Source: Candidatus Brocadiia bacterium (GTDB taxonomy: Bacteria; Planctomycetota; Brocadiia; CAIUPP01). From it: a stretch of 64,000 nucleotides of DNA. A program made the translations under genes and the position numbers. This document shows, piece by piece, positions 28,319 to 38,241 of this stretch. How positions within the stretch are numbered: the stretch's first letter is position 1; each line of letters begins with the position of its first letter. The notes beneath the pieces are model-generated. The model had not been told where the DNA came from. It saw nothing but the letters and a program-made list of their open reading frames with translations, and did no database searches. The stretch spans positions 32,001-96,000 of the forward strand of contig JBEKCB010000004.1 in the NCBI GenBank assembly GCA_050015075.1, in the 5' to 3' direction.

Positions 28319-29683
28319 ATGGATGCCACACACTCGTCGGCGAGCGCTCCCGAGGCAGCCGGCAAACGCAGAATCCCTGTCGGCTACATCATCGCCGCGG
28401 TGATAGTCGCAGTGATCGTCCTCGCGTTCCTCGGAATGCACCTCTACTTCCGCTTGCAAATCAACGCCGAACGCGATGCGATCCGCAAGGCCGGATTCCC
28501 GGTGACGCTCCGGGAATTGAGTGTCTATTATCCTGTTCCTCAAGGCAATAACGCGGCTGTCGTTTACACTCAGGCCTTTGCGAAATACGCCGGCCACAAC
28601 ATGGAGAATAAGTTGCCGCTCGTAAGCAATAGCTATAACGTAAAACTCCCGCCGCGCGGCGAGCCGCTGCCGGAGGACATGAAGACCGATATCTCAGCCT
28701 ACCTGGCTGCCAACGCGGAGGCGCTGGAGTTCCTCCACAAAGCGGCTGCGATAGACGGCTGTCGTTTCGATCTGGATTTCTCTCAGGGTTATGGCATGCC
28801 TCTGCCTCATCTGGGGAAACTCCGCCAGGCGACGCAGTTGCTCGAACTTCAGGCACTGATGAAGGTCGAGGGCGGCAAGCCGGATGACGCGGCGATGGCA
28901 ATTGCCGATTCCTTCGGCGCAGCCCGCGCCTTGCAGAATGAGCCTGTACTCATATCCCAGCTCATGCGCCTTGGCGTTATTTCAATCTCCGTGAGCAACC
29001 TGGAGCGCGTGCTTTCCAGATCGACTTTGGGCGATCAGCAATTGACCGACCTCTCGAATGCGATTGCATCGCAAGAGAATCCGGAAGCCTTGATACGCGG
29101 GTTGGCAGGTGAGCGTTGCACGGGAGAAGATCTGTTTCTCAACAACCTTTCCCGCTATATCGGGCCGGTCACCAAACCCGGAAACGCACTTACGTTATGG
29201 CAGTTGAGTGGTCTCAAAGCAATGGATCATCTCAAGTACCTCCAACTGATGGCCGAGCTGGTCAGGACTGCCGGCGGATCGGCAAGAGACATTCTCGATA
29301 CGGCTGAGGACTGGGAGAAGAAAGTCCATCAGCTGCCGAGGTTATATTTCCTGACGAACTTCCTCGTCCCCGCGCTAACACGCGTCAATGAAGAGCAATT
29401 GAAGATATTCGCCCGCCTCCGCTCTGGCCGTGCGGCGATCGCGGTCGAGCGGTTCCGCATGGCGAACGGCCGGCTTCCCGGTTCGCTGGACGAGTTGACG
29501 CCCAAATGGCTGGATACCGTCCCGGCCGATCCGTTCGACGACCAGCCGATCCGGTACAAGAAACTGGCCAAGGGCTTCGTGACCTATAGCGTCGGCCCGG
29601 ACCAGAAGGACCACGGCGGTATTGAACTCGACCCGAAACACTACAACATCCCACACGACATCACGTTCATCGTGGCGCGGTGA
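28319..29683 (+). CDS. Membrane-anchored helical protein with pseudopilin-G-like C-terminal motif
   Basis: TM helix; LPGSLDEL...VPADPF...YSVGPDQKDHGG. Confidence 0.7.
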   Translation: MDATHSSASAPEAAGKRRIPVGYIIAAVIVAVIVLAFLGMHLYFRLQINAERDAIRKAGFPVTLRELSVYYPVPQGNNAAVVYTQAFAKYAGHNMENKLPLVSNSYNVKLPPRGEPLPEDMKTDISAYLAANAEALEFLHKAAAIDGCRFDLDFSQGYGMPLPHLGKLRQATQLLELQALMKVEGGKPDDAAMAIADSFGAARALQNEPVLISQLMRLGVISISVSNLERVLSRSTLGDQQLTDLSNAIASQENPEALIRGLAGERCTGEDLFLNNLSRYIGPVTKPGNALTLWQLSGLKAMDHLKYLQLMAELVRTAGGSARDILDTAEDWEKKVHQLPRLYFLTNFLVPALTRVNEEQLKIFARLRSGRAAIAVERFRMANGRLPGSLDELTPKWLDTVPADPFDDQPIRYKKLAKGFVTYSVGPDQKDHGGIELDPKHYNIPHDITFIVAR

Positions 29684-29702
29684 TGCATAGGAGCCGACCG
29701 TC

Positions 29703-30611
29703 GTGAAGCACGGCGCGAAAGCGGGAAGACTGTGGGCTTCGGCGGAGACGCCGCCCCTGCTCGATCCGGGCCCGGTTGCCGGACACCCGCGCGTCGTCGT
29801 CCGCGAGACCGTTTGCCGGAGCGTCCTCAACCAAAGCTCGATCAGCGACTACTCCCTCAACTGCTACACCGGCTGCACGAACGAGTGCGTCTATTGCTAC
29901 GCGCGGTTCATGCAGCGGTTCCATCCGCACGCGGAGCCGTGGGGCGAGTTTGTGGACGTGAAAGTCAACGCCGTCGAGACGCTGCGGCGTCAGTTGCGCC
30001 GCGCCCGGCCCGGCGACGTGTTCATGAGCAGCGCCTGCGATGGCTGGCAGCCAATCGAGGCCAGCCGCCGCCTCACGCGCGGCTGCTGCGAGCTTCTGCT
30101 CGAGAGCGGGTTCTCCGTCAACGTCCTCACCAAGAGCGAATTGGTAATGCGCGACTTCGACCTCTTCGCCGGCCGGAATGGGCGCATCGGCGTCACGATC
30201 ACCACGCTCGACGACCGCCTCAGCCGGCTCTGGGAGCCTGGCGCATCGTCGGTCGCGGCGCGGTGCCGCATCGTCGCGGAGGCGCGGCGCGCCGGGCTGC
30301 GGACCGGCATCATGTTCGCTCCCCTGCTGCCGTTCCTCTCCGACACCACGGAATCGCTGGAGACAATGTTCGAGTGCGCCGCCGACCTGGCGGTTGACGA
30401 TCTCTGGGTGGACGCGCTCAACCCGCGGCCGAAAGTCTGGTCCTCCGTCTCAGACTTGCTGCGGCGGGAATTCCCCGAACTGCATGAACCGTACCGCAGA
30501 GTCCTCTTCAACGAGGGCGCTCGAGCCGTGTACCGGGCCGAGGTGCGCAACCGAGTGACCGCCGCGGCCGCGCGGTTCAAGCTCCAGGATAGGCTGACGG
30601 GCTGCTTTTGA
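29703..30611 (+). CDS. Radical SAM protein (SplB-like DNA repair family)
   Basis: CTNECVYCYA, DGWQPIE and LTKS motifs. Confidence 0.85.
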   Translation: MKHGAKAGRLWASAETPPLLDPGPVAGHPRVVVRETVCRSVLNQSSISDYSLNCYTGCTNECVYCYARFMQRFHPHAEPWGEFVDVKVNAVETLRRQLRRARPGDVFMSSACDGWQPIEASRRLTRGCCELLLESGFSVNVLTKSELVMRDFDLFAGRNGRIGVTITTLDDRLSRLWEPGASSVAARCRIVAEARRAGLRTGIMFAPLLPFLSDTTESLETMFECAADLAVDDLWVDALNPRPKVWSSVSDLLRREFPELHEPYRRVLFNEGARAVYRAEVRNRVTAAAARFKLQDRLTGCF

Positions 30612-30613
30612 TC

Positions 30614-30641
30614 TTTTGTCGCGGGACGACAAAACTTTTTT
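30614..30641 (+). terminator. Intrinsic terminator
   Basis: TTTTGTCG-CGGGA-CGACAAAA followed by a T run, immediately after the stop. Confidence 0.55.
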
Positions 30642-30642
30642 A

Positions 30643-30741
30643 GCCACGGATTTCACGGATGGCCACGGATTACCGAAGAACGGCGATAACGGCCGTTTTT
30701 ACCTTTGTAGTTCAACGCCGGTAATCCGTGTAATCCGTGGC
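30643..30741. repeat. Palindromic element made of CACGGAT 9-mer-period repeats
   Basis: GCCACGGATTTCACGGATGGCCACGGATTACCG ... CGGTAATCCGTGTAATCCGTGGC. Confidence 0.8.
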
Positions 30742-30768
30742 AAGAACGCTTTTCAGACGGAGGGGACG

Positions 30769-31275
30769 ATGGAATTATATATAGTCCGGCATGGCGACGC
30801 GGGACAGGCGATGCTGGTGCGCGGGCGCGCCGACGACGAGCGCGAGCTGACGCGCGAAGGGCGCAAGGAGACCGCCGAGGTCGCCAAGGCGCTACGAACG
30901 CTCGGGTGTTCTCCCGAGCGAATCGGGACGAGCCCGCTCCCTCGCGCGCGCCAGACGGCGGAAATTCTGGCGGAGGTGCTGGACGCGGAGAAGGAATTGG
31001 AGAGTTGCAAATTCCTCTCGCCCGGTTCCGACGCTGACGCGCTCATCCGATGGCTCCGGGACGGTCGCGCGGATTCCGTGATGATCGTCGGCCACATGCC
31101 CGACCTGGCTCGCCTGGCCTCAGCCCTGCTCGCGCCGAAAAGCTCCCTCGACATCGTCTTCAAAAAGTCCGGCGTCTGCTGCATCTCGTTCGACGGAACC
31201 CCGGCGGCCGGCGCGGGACGGCTCGAGTGGCTGTTGCAGCCGAAGCAGTTGCGCGGGCTCGCGAAGCGGTCGTGA
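30769..31275 (+). CDS. sixA: Phosphohistidine phosphatase SixA
   Basis: VRHGDA, SPLPRARQTA and VGHMPD motifs. Confidence 0.88.
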   Translation: MELYIVRHGDAGQAMLVRGRADDERELTREGRKETAEVAKALRTLGCSPERIGTSPLPRARQTAEILAEVLDAEKELESCKFLSPGSDADALIRWLRDGRADSVMIVGHMPDLARLASALLAPKSSLDIVFKKSGVCCISFDGTPAAGAGRLEWLLQPKQLRGLAKRS

Positions 31276-31278
31276 CCT

Positions 31279-31391
31279 CACCACGACGACACTACGAGCA
31301 CTACGAACGTCATGGCAATTCATTGCTGTAACAGCAATACCGTCGTGCTCGTCGCGTCGCCGTGGTGAAATTTCGTGTCGTCGCCGTGGTG
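31279..31391. repeat. Palindromic element made of CAC(G/T)ACGA 9-mer-period repeats
   Basis: CACCACGACGACACTACGAGCACTACG ... CGTCGTGCTCGTCGCGTCGCCGTGGTG, inner ATTGCTGT/ACAGCAAT stem, and a partial extra right arm. Confidence 0.75.
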
Positions 31392-31400
31392 CTTTCTCCA

Positions 31401-31429
31401 TTGACGATTCGACGCAGATTCCCTATAAT
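31401..31429 (+). promoter_or_regulatory. gyrA promoter
   Basis: TTGACG-N17-TATAAT. Confidence 0.75.
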
Positions 31430-31518
31430 GCGGTTCTATCAAACGGGTATCTTTTCGTCCGCCCGAGCCGTTTCGTAAGTCCCTTCGGCAGAACGACTTT
31501 CATCTTGGAAGAACGACC

Positions 31519-34098
31519 TTGGCGCAGGAAGAACAGACGCCGGAACGACGCGACCGGATCAAGGACCTCCTCATCGAAGAGGAGATGAAGGATTCGTACC
31601 TCACGTACGCGATGAGCGTCATCGTGAGCCGCGCGCTGCCCGACGTGCGCGACGGGCTGAAGCCCTCGCAGCGGCGCATCCTCATCGCGATGAACGACCT
31701 CAACCTGGGGCCGCGTTCGAAGACCCGAAAGTGCGCGAAGATCGTCGGCGACACGCACGGCAATTACCACCCGCACGGCGACGCGGCGATCTACCAGACC
31801 CTCGCGCGCATGGCGCAGGATTTCGTCATGCGCTACCCGCTCGTCGAAGGCCAGGGCAATTTCGGTTCGATGGACGGCGACCCGCCCGCCGCGCCGCGTT
31901 ATACCGAGGCGCGGATGACCGAGGTCACGTCGGAGCTGCTCGCCGACATCGAGCACGAGACGGTGGACTTCGTGCCGAACTACGATGGCACGCGCCAGGA
32001 GCCGACCGTGCTGCCGGGCCGTTTCCCGAACCTGCTCTGCAACGGCAGCACCGGCATCGCCGTCGGCATGGCGACGAACATCCCGCCGCAGAACGTCACC
32101 GAGGTCTGCACCGCCATCGTCGAGCTGATTGACCGGCCCGACATCGCGCCGGCCGATCTGCTGAAGATCGTCAAGGGCCCCGACTTCCCGACCGGCGGAC
32201 TGATCTGCGGACGCGAGGGAATCCGCAGCGCCTACCTCACCGGCCGCGGCAGCGTGGTCCTCCGCGCGCGCTCGCACATCGAGACGAGCAAGACCGGCCG
32301 CAAGAGCATCGTCTTCAGCGAGATGGCGTACGGGGCTAACCCCGACAATATCCTGCGGCGCGCCGCGGAACTCGTCAAGGAAGGAATCATCCAGGGCGTC
32401 TCCGACCTGCGCAACGAGAGCGACCGCTCCGGCACGCGCGTGGTCGTGGACCTGCGCAAAGGCGAAGACGAGCGCGTGGTGCTCAACCTGCTCTACAAGC
32501 ACACGCAGCTCCAGGACACCTTCGGCGTCAACATCATCGCGCTGGTAGCCGGGCAACCGCGGACGCTCGGCCTGCGCGACCTGCTCGTGGCGTATGTCGC
32601 TCATCGGAAAGAGGTTGTGACTCGGCGCACCAAGTTCCTCCTCCAGCGCGACATGGACCGCGCGCACATCGTCGCCGGGCTGCTGATCGCACTGGCGAAC
32701 ATTGACGCGGTGATCGAGATTATCAAGAAATCACCCGATCCGGATACAGCCGGCCAGCGGTTGATGGCGCAATTCGGCCTGACCGAGCGCCAGGTCAAGG
32801 CGATCCTCGACATGCGCCTTGCGCGCTTGACCGGCCTCGAGCGCGGCAAGCTCGAACAGGAGCAGGCCGAACTCGAGAAACGCATCGCCGGCTACCGCGC
32901 GATCCTGGATGACGAGCGGGTGCTGATGGGCGTGATCCGTGAGGAGACGCTGGACATCAAGGGTCGCTTCGGCGACAAGCGGCGCACGGAGATCGTCGGC
33001 GAGGTGGAGGAGTTCGACCGCGAGGACCTCGTCGCCGAGGAGAATGTCGTGGTCACGATCAGCCACGAGGGCTACCTGAAACGGCAGCCGCTCAACGCGT
33101 ACCGCAAGCAGCGCCATGGCGGTAAAGGCGTCACCGGCGCCGAACACAAGGAAGGCGATTTCACCGAACACCTCTTCATCGCCTCGACGCACGACAGCAT
33201 CCTGCTCTTCACCGACCTCGGCCGCGTGTACTGGCTGAAGGTGTACGACGTGCCGGAGATGGGCCGGATGAGCCGCGGCCGCGCGCTGGTCAACCTGCTG
33301 CCGATCCCGTCGGACGAGAAGATCACGTCGTTCATCCCCGTCCGCGATTTCTCCGAGGGCGACCTGCTGATGGCCACCGCGCAGGGCACCGTCAAGCGTA
33401 CGCCGCTCTCCGATTACGGCCACCCGAAGAAGACCGGCATCATCGCCATCGGCCTCGACGAGGGCGACCGGCTCATCGGCGTGCGCCACATCTTCCCCGA
33501 GCAGCAGGTGATGCTGGCGACGCGCGACGGCATGGCGATCCGCTTCCCCGAGAAGACCGTCCGGCGGATGGGCCGCTCCGCCCACGGCGTGCGCGGCATC
33601 CGGCTGGAGAAGGACGACCTGCTCGTCGGCCTGATCCTGGCCGACGAGAAGACGACGGTGCTGACCGTCTGCGAGAACGGTTACGGCAAGCGGACTGCCG
33701 TCGGCGAATATCGGCTGACCAACCGCGGCGGCAAAGGCGTCATCAACATCAAGACCACCGAGCGCAACGGCAAGGTCATCGCGGTGGTCGAAGCGCATGA
33801 CGACGACGAGATGATGATCATGACCGAGCGCGGCATGGTCATCCGCTGCCCGATGGCGAACGTCCGCACCATCGGCCGCAACACGCAGGGCGTGCGCGTG
33901 ATCACCCTCGACGAGGGTGACCGCGCCGTGGTCGTGGCGCGACTGGCGAAGGAAGACGCGGTATCTGCCGACGAGGCCGCGCCGAATGCAGAACCGAGCC
34001 CGGCGAGCGCGGCGGCGGTCGAGCCGCCCGCTGCGGAGGAATCCGCGCCCGAAGCCGAAAGCGCGGAACCGGAAAAGCCCGATGAAGAGGCGGAGTGA
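31519..34098 (+). CDS. gyrA: DNA gyrase subunit A
   Basis: RALPDVRDGLKP, YHPHGD, AAPRYTE, GyrA-box QRHGGKG and pinwheel repeats. Confidence 0.97.
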   Translation: MAQEEQTPERRDRIKDLLIEEEMKDSYLTYAMSVIVSRALPDVRDGLKPSQRRILIAMNDLNLGPRSKTRKCAKIVGDTHGNYHPHGDAAIYQTLARMAQDFVMRYPLVEGQGNFGSMDGDPPAAPRYTEARMTEVTSELLADIEHETVDFVPNYDGTRQEPTVLPGRFPNLLCNGSTGIAVGMATNIPPQNVTEVCTAIVELIDRPDIAPADLLKIVKGPDFPTGGLICGREGIRSAYLTGRGSVVLRARSHIETSKTGRKSIVFSEMAYGANPDNILRRAAELVKEGIIQGVSDLRNESDRSGTRVVVDLRKGEDERVVLNLLYKHTQLQDTFGVNIIALVAGQPRTLGLRDLLVAYVAHRKEVVTRRTKFLLQRDMDRAHIVAGLLIALANIDAVIEIIKKSPDPDTAGQRLMAQFGLTERQVKAILDMRLARLTGLERGKLEQEQAELEKRIAGYRAILDDERVLMGVIREETLDIKGRFGDKRRTEIVGEVEEFDREDLVAEENVVVTISHEGYLKRQPLNAYRKQRHGGKGVTGAEHKEGDFTEHLFIASTHDSILLFTDLGRVYWLKVYDVPEMGRMSRGRALVNLLPIPSDEKITSFIPVRDFSEGDLLMATAQGTVKRTPLSDYGHPKKTGIIAIGLDEGDRLIGVRHIFPEQQVMLATRDGMAIRFPEKTVRRMGRSAHGVRGIRLEKDDLLVGLILADEKTTVLTVCENGYGKRTAVGEYRLTNRGGKGVINIKTTERNGKVIAVVEAHDDDEMMIMTERGMVIRCPMANVRTIGRNTQGVRVITLDEGDRAVVVARLAKEDAVSADEAAPNAEPSPASAAAVEPPAAEESAPEAESAEPEKPDEEAE

Positions 34099-34188
34099 AG
34101 CGTTGCTTGTAGTGGCGCCGTCAGGCGCTGATTCGTATGCCCTTACGGGCACACTGCGAGCGGAACAAGTTCCTGGAGGAACTCGAAA

Positions 34189-35511
34189 ATGATGGGCTGC
34201 TCTTATGGCCGGCTTTTCCGGACCACGGTCGCGGGCGGATCGTACCAGGAAGGGCTGAGCGTCCACATCCAGGGCGTGCCGCCGGGCCTGCTCATCACGG
34301 AGGAGGAAATCTACTCCGACCTGCTCCTGCGCAAGCCCGGCCAGGGCGAACTCGCTTCGCCGCGGCGCGAGCCGGATATCCCGATCCTCTACAGCGGCGT
34401 CAACGCGGCCGACACGATGCCGGGATTCGAGAACCGGAACCGGACCAACGGCACGCCGCTGGTGATCCTGATCCCGAACCTCGACCGGCACTTCGAGCAC
34501 ATCGAGCAGTACCGCTCGACGAACCGCACGCCGCGCCCCGGCCACGCCTCGTACGCCTCGTACATGAAGTACGGCCCCTGCGACGACGCGATCGGCGCCG
34601 GTTTCTTCAGCGGGCGCTACACGGCCACGATCGTCGCCGCCGGTGCGGTCGCCAAACACATTCTCCATCAGCACGGCATCGAGGTCTGCGCCTACGTGAA
34701 AGAGGCCGCCGGCGTGCGCGCGCCGGAGATGCCGCTCGACCGGATCCGGACGCAGGTCGCCGCGTTCAAGCGGCTGCGCCGCGACTACGACCTGTTCCTC
34801 AAGCTCATCTACCGCGAGGGCCGCATCACGCCGGAGATGCGCTTCCTCCAGAAGATGGCCGCCCTCGCCGAAGTCGAGAAGATGATCCCGTCGCTCCAGG
34901 AGAAGAAGGCGTTCGACGAGGCCGAGGCGCGCGCGAAGTACGGCGTTCACCCGCTGATGAATTGCCCGGACCTTGACGCCGCCGACGAGATGGTGAGGCG
35001 CATCATCGAGGTCCGCGATTCCGGCGATTCGACCGGCGGCGTGGTCGAAGTCGTTGCGACCGGCGCGCCGGCGGGGATGGGTGAGCCGGTGTTCGACAAG
35101 CTCGATGGCGAGCTCGGCCGCCTGATGAGCATCGGCACCGTGAAGGCCGTCGAGATCGGCGTCGGACTCGCCGCGAAGGACCTGACCGGATCGCAGTGCA
35201 ATGACCAGATGTTCATGAAGGACGGCAAGGTCCGCTTCGGTTCGAACCACGCCGGAGGTATCACCGGTGGGCTGACCACTGGACAGGAGATCGTCGTGCG
35301 GCTGGCGGTCAAGCCGACGCCGACGATCGCGAAGCCGCAGAGGACGGTGGACAAAGTCGCGCTCACCGACGCGAACCTCGCCGCCGTAACGCGGCGCGAC
35401 CCGACCATCGTCGCGCGGGTCTGGCCCGTCGCCGAGGCGTTCACCGCCCTAGTGCTGCTGGACCAGTACGCGATGCATCTCGGCTACCGGGCGCTCCGCC
35501 GGGAAGATTGA
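34189..35511 (+). CDS. aroC: Chorismate synthase family protein (diverged, with insertion)
   Basis: RPGHA, GDSTGG, GMGEPVFDKLD, SNHAGGITGG and KPTPTI motifs; several signature residues are altered. Confidence 0.85.
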   Translation: MMGCSYGRLFRTTVAGGSYQEGLSVHIQGVPPGLLITEEEIYSDLLLRKPGQGELASPRREPDIPILYSGVNAADTMPGFENRNRTNGTPLVILIPNLDRHFEHIEQYRSTNRTPRPGHASYASYMKYGPCDDAIGAGFFSGRYTATIVAAGAVAKHILHQHGIEVCAYVKEAAGVRAPEMPLDRIRTQVAAFKRLRRDYDLFLKLIYREGRITPEMRFLQKMAALAEVEKMIPSLQEKKAFDEAEARAKYGVHPLMNCPDLDAADEMVRRIIEVRDSGDSTGGVVEVVATGAPAGMGEPVFDKLDGELGRLMSIGTVKAVEIGVGLAAKDLTGSQCNDQMFMKDGKVRFGSNHAGGITGGLTTGQEIVVRLAVKPTPTIAKPQRTVDKVALTDANLAAVTRRDPTIVARVWPVAEAFTALVLLDQYAMHLGYRALRRED

Positions 35512-35635
35512 CCCGCTCGTAAACCCGCCCACACGGTGCGGATCGGACGCGCCCCTTGAAATCCGCCCGCCGCGCCTGTATCTTGATTCCCGGACCGATG
35601 GATCGGAACTGAGACTTTTGCAAGAGGGAGACGCC

Positions 35636-36577
35636 ATGAATCGCCAGAAACGTTTTGCCATTATCGGCCTGGCCATCGGCGCGGCGGCCGTCGCGGGCTG
35701 GTTCGGGCTCCAAACGGCTCGCTCGCAGCCGATCGCGGGCGCGATGAAAGTCGCGGCGTTCGCAGTGTCGGCCGCGGAGGCCCCCGAGTCGGCGGCGACG
35801 ACGGCGGCGACGACGCATGAGTTGCCGCAACACAACCCTGACCTCGACAACGCCAAACAACTGCTTCAGGACGGCAAGAAGGTCGAGGCGCGTGCGGCGC
35901 TGACCAAGCTCATCCTGCCCGCGCCCGAAGGCCCCGTTCGCGAGGAAATGCGCAAGATGCTGGACGCGATCAACAAGGAACTCTTCTTCTCGAGCAAGCC
36001 GTCGCCGGACAGCATCACCTATGAGGTCCAGCCCGGCGACACGCTCGCCGTGATCGCCCACAACCAGACGAAGGATTCCAATCAGAGCAAAGATTACTAT
36101 TTCACCGAGGTCATCATGCTCGTGAACGGCGTCAAGGATGCGCGGAGGATCCGGCCGGGTAAAGTGCTGAAGATCCCGCAGGGCACGTTTTCCGCCATCG
36201 TGCAGAAGGACGCGCACCGGCTCATCATCCTGCTCGACGGCAATTACATCAAGGAGTACCCGGTCGCGCTGGGCGCGCCGGAGTCGCCCACGCCGGAGGG
36301 TAAGTTCGTGCTGGACGTCGGCAAGGCCAGGGACCCGGACTGGACCGATTCGGACGGCCATCTCTATAAGTTCGGCGACCCGAAGAACGTCCTGGGCACG
36401 CGCTGGATGCCGTTCAACGATACCGAGGGCCATCACGGCCTGGGCATCCACGGCACGACGGACCCGGCGAGCGTCGGCAAAGACGTGTCCGACGGCTGCA
36501 TCCGCATGCTGAACGCCGACGTGGAGGAAATCTTCGGGATGCTCGCGCCGGGCGATACGGTGGAGATCACGAAATAG
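35636..36577 (+). CDS. LysM + L,D-transpeptidase (YkuD)
   Basis: YEVQPGDTL LysM; GIHGT...SDGCIRM catalytic motif. Confidence 0.92.
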   Translation: MNRQKRFAIIGLAIGAAAVAGWFGLQTARSQPIAGAMKVAAFAVSAAEAPESAATTAATTHELPQHNPDLDNAKQLLQDGKKVEARAALTKLILPAPEGPVREEMRKMLDAINKELFFSSKPSPDSITYEVQPGDTLAVIAHNQTKDSNQSKDYYFTEVIMLVNGVKDARRIRPGKVLKIPQGTFSAIVQKDAHRLIILLDGNYIKEYPVALGAPESPTPEGKFVLDVGKARDPDWTDSDGHLYKFGDPKNVLGTRWMPFNDTEGHHGLGIHGTTDPASVGKDVSDGCIRMLNADVEEIFGMLAPGDTVEITK

Positions 36578-36597
36578 GCAAAACGGCAGACGACGGG

Positions 36598-36652
36598 CGA
36601 AAGACGATGGACGATAGACTACGGACGACCCACCATCGTCCATCGTCTTTCG
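36598..36652. repeat. Perfect 18-bp inverted repeat of GACGAT(G/A) heptamers overlapping a gene start
   Basis: CGAAAGACGATGGACGAT at 36598-36615 and ATCGTCCATCGTCTTTCG at 36635-36652. Confidence 0.85.
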
Positions 36653-38241
36653 GCCATCGTCAATTCCTCCTCTTAGCGGCGGGATTCGTCCTCATCGCGT
36701 ACGGCCTGATGTGGGGACTTCCGAACCTCTACGACTTCGCGCAGGATTCCGTCGTCCCCCAGGGAAACCTGGCGCAGGTCCGCGCGCAGTTCGAGAAGGT
36801 CACCGCATTTCGCTATCCGCCGTTCCACTTCCTGGTGCTGAGAGCCTGCTTCTGGCCGGTGCGCGGTCTCCTCCGAATCTCCAGCTACGGCGAGAACCTG
36901 AAGGTCGCTTCCACGCTTTTCATCCTGGCCGCGCGGCTGGTCAGCGTGGCCATGGCGCTCGGCGTTCTGGGCCTGATCTACGCTATGGGCCGCCGGCTGT
37001 GGGACGAGCGCACCGGCATGGCGGCGGCGCTGCTGTTCGCGCTCGCGCCGGTGACGCTCTATTACGCCAAAAACGCGAACCTCGACATCCCCTACCTCTT
37101 CTGGCTAGCGCTCGCGCTCTTCTTCTACATCAGGATTTTGCAGGAGAACCGCCGGCGCGATTATCTCTGGCTCGGCGTCTCGGCCGCGCTGGCGGTATGC
37201 ACCAAGGACCAGGCATACGGATTCATTCTCCTGATGCCCGTCGTGCTCCTCTTCCACCTGCGCGCGAAGTTTAAGCTGCCGCTGCGCGAGTTCCTGCCGC
37301 GGGCCTGGCGCTTCGCGTGGCCGGCGGCAGTTGGCTTCGCCGTCCCCTTCGCGCTGATCCACAACATCCTGTTCGACCCGGCCGGGTTCCGGCGACACCT
37401 CAGCGTGATCATCGGACCAGGATCGGAAGGCTGGCGCCAGTTCTCCGGCGGGCCGATCGGGCAACTGCGCCTGCTGGTGGAAACGGCGCTGCGCCTGTGC
37501 GATGCATGGACGCTGGCGGGCCTGGCGTTGGCGATCTTCGGGCTGGTCGTCGCTTTCAGGGAAACCGGCGAGCGGCGCACTCGGCTGGCGACGCTCGTCC
37601 CGGTCCTCTCGTATCACCTGTCGTTCCTCGCGGTCATCGGATACGTGTATCCGCGCTACGTCCTGCCGACGCTGCTCGTGCTGGCGCTCTTCGCGGGGCG
37701 CGCCGCGGCGAGCCTGTGGCGCGGCGGCAGCCTCCGCAGAATCGCCGCCGTCGCGCTCGTCGCGTGGACCGGCCTCGCCGGGCTTTGCGTGGATTACGTG
37801 ATGTCGGAATACCCGCGGTACGATGCGCAGCAGTGGCTCGAGACCCACGCCTCCGCCGAGACACTGATCTTCTACGTCGGCGACATGCGCGACATGCCGC
37901 GCTTCAACCGGCCGCTCGACGCGCATCCCGTCGAACCGACGCCCGATATGATCGAGAGCCTGCGTCCGCCGGCGGACCTGCTCGTGCTCTCATTCGAGGA
38001 AGGGCACGCGGCAGCCGGCACGCGTTCGCTCCGGATCGCCTCGATCCTGCGGCGACATCTCGGCGACTGGGGACTGGTCCGCGAAGGCGGCGGCGGAAAA
38101 GGTTTTCTCGAGCGCCTCGTCGCGGGCGAATTCGGGTACGCTGAAGTGGCCCGTTTCGAATCGCCGATCTCCGCCTGCGTGCCGGAGGTCGCCGAATCGC
38201 TCAACCGGACGATCGTCATACTCGGGAGGAAGACACAATGA
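36607..38241 (+). CDS. ArnT/PMT-like (GT-C) membrane glycosyltransferase
   Basis: Many TM helices; YPPFH, ARLVS, LAVCTK and YPRY motifs. Confidence 0.85.
   Translation: MDDRLRTTHHRPSSFGHRQFLLLAAGFVLIAYGLMWGLPNLYDFAQDSVVPQGNLAQVRAQFEKVTAFRYPPFHFLVLRACFWPVRGLLRISSYGENLKVASTLFILAARLVSVAMALGVLGLIYAMGRRLWDERTGMAAALLFALAPVTLYYAKNANLDIPYLFWLALALFFYIRILQENRRRDYLWLGVSAALAVCTKDQAYGFILLMPVVLLFHLRAKFKLPLREFLPRAWRFAWPAAVGFAVPFALIHNILFDPAGFRRHLSVIIGPGSEGWRQFSGGPIGQLRLLVETALRLCDAWTLAGLALAIFGLVVAFRETGERRTRLATLVPVLSYHLSFLAVIGYVYPRYVLPTLLVLALFAGRAAASLWRGGSLRRIAAVALVAWTGLAGLCVDYVMSEYPRYDAQQWLETHASAETLIFYVGDMRDMPRFNRPLDAHPVEPTPDMIESLRPPADLLVLSFEEGHAAAGTRSLRIASILRRHLGDWGLVREGGGGKGFLERLVAGEFGYAEVARFESPISACVPEVAESLNRTIVILGRKTQ

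Noticed and set aside
32731-35250. Long antisense ORFs (also 16847-18838, 25959-28133, 44513-46489, 60186-62825 and others)
   Set aside because: Shadows of real genes caused by high-GC codon bias; no recognisable motifs.
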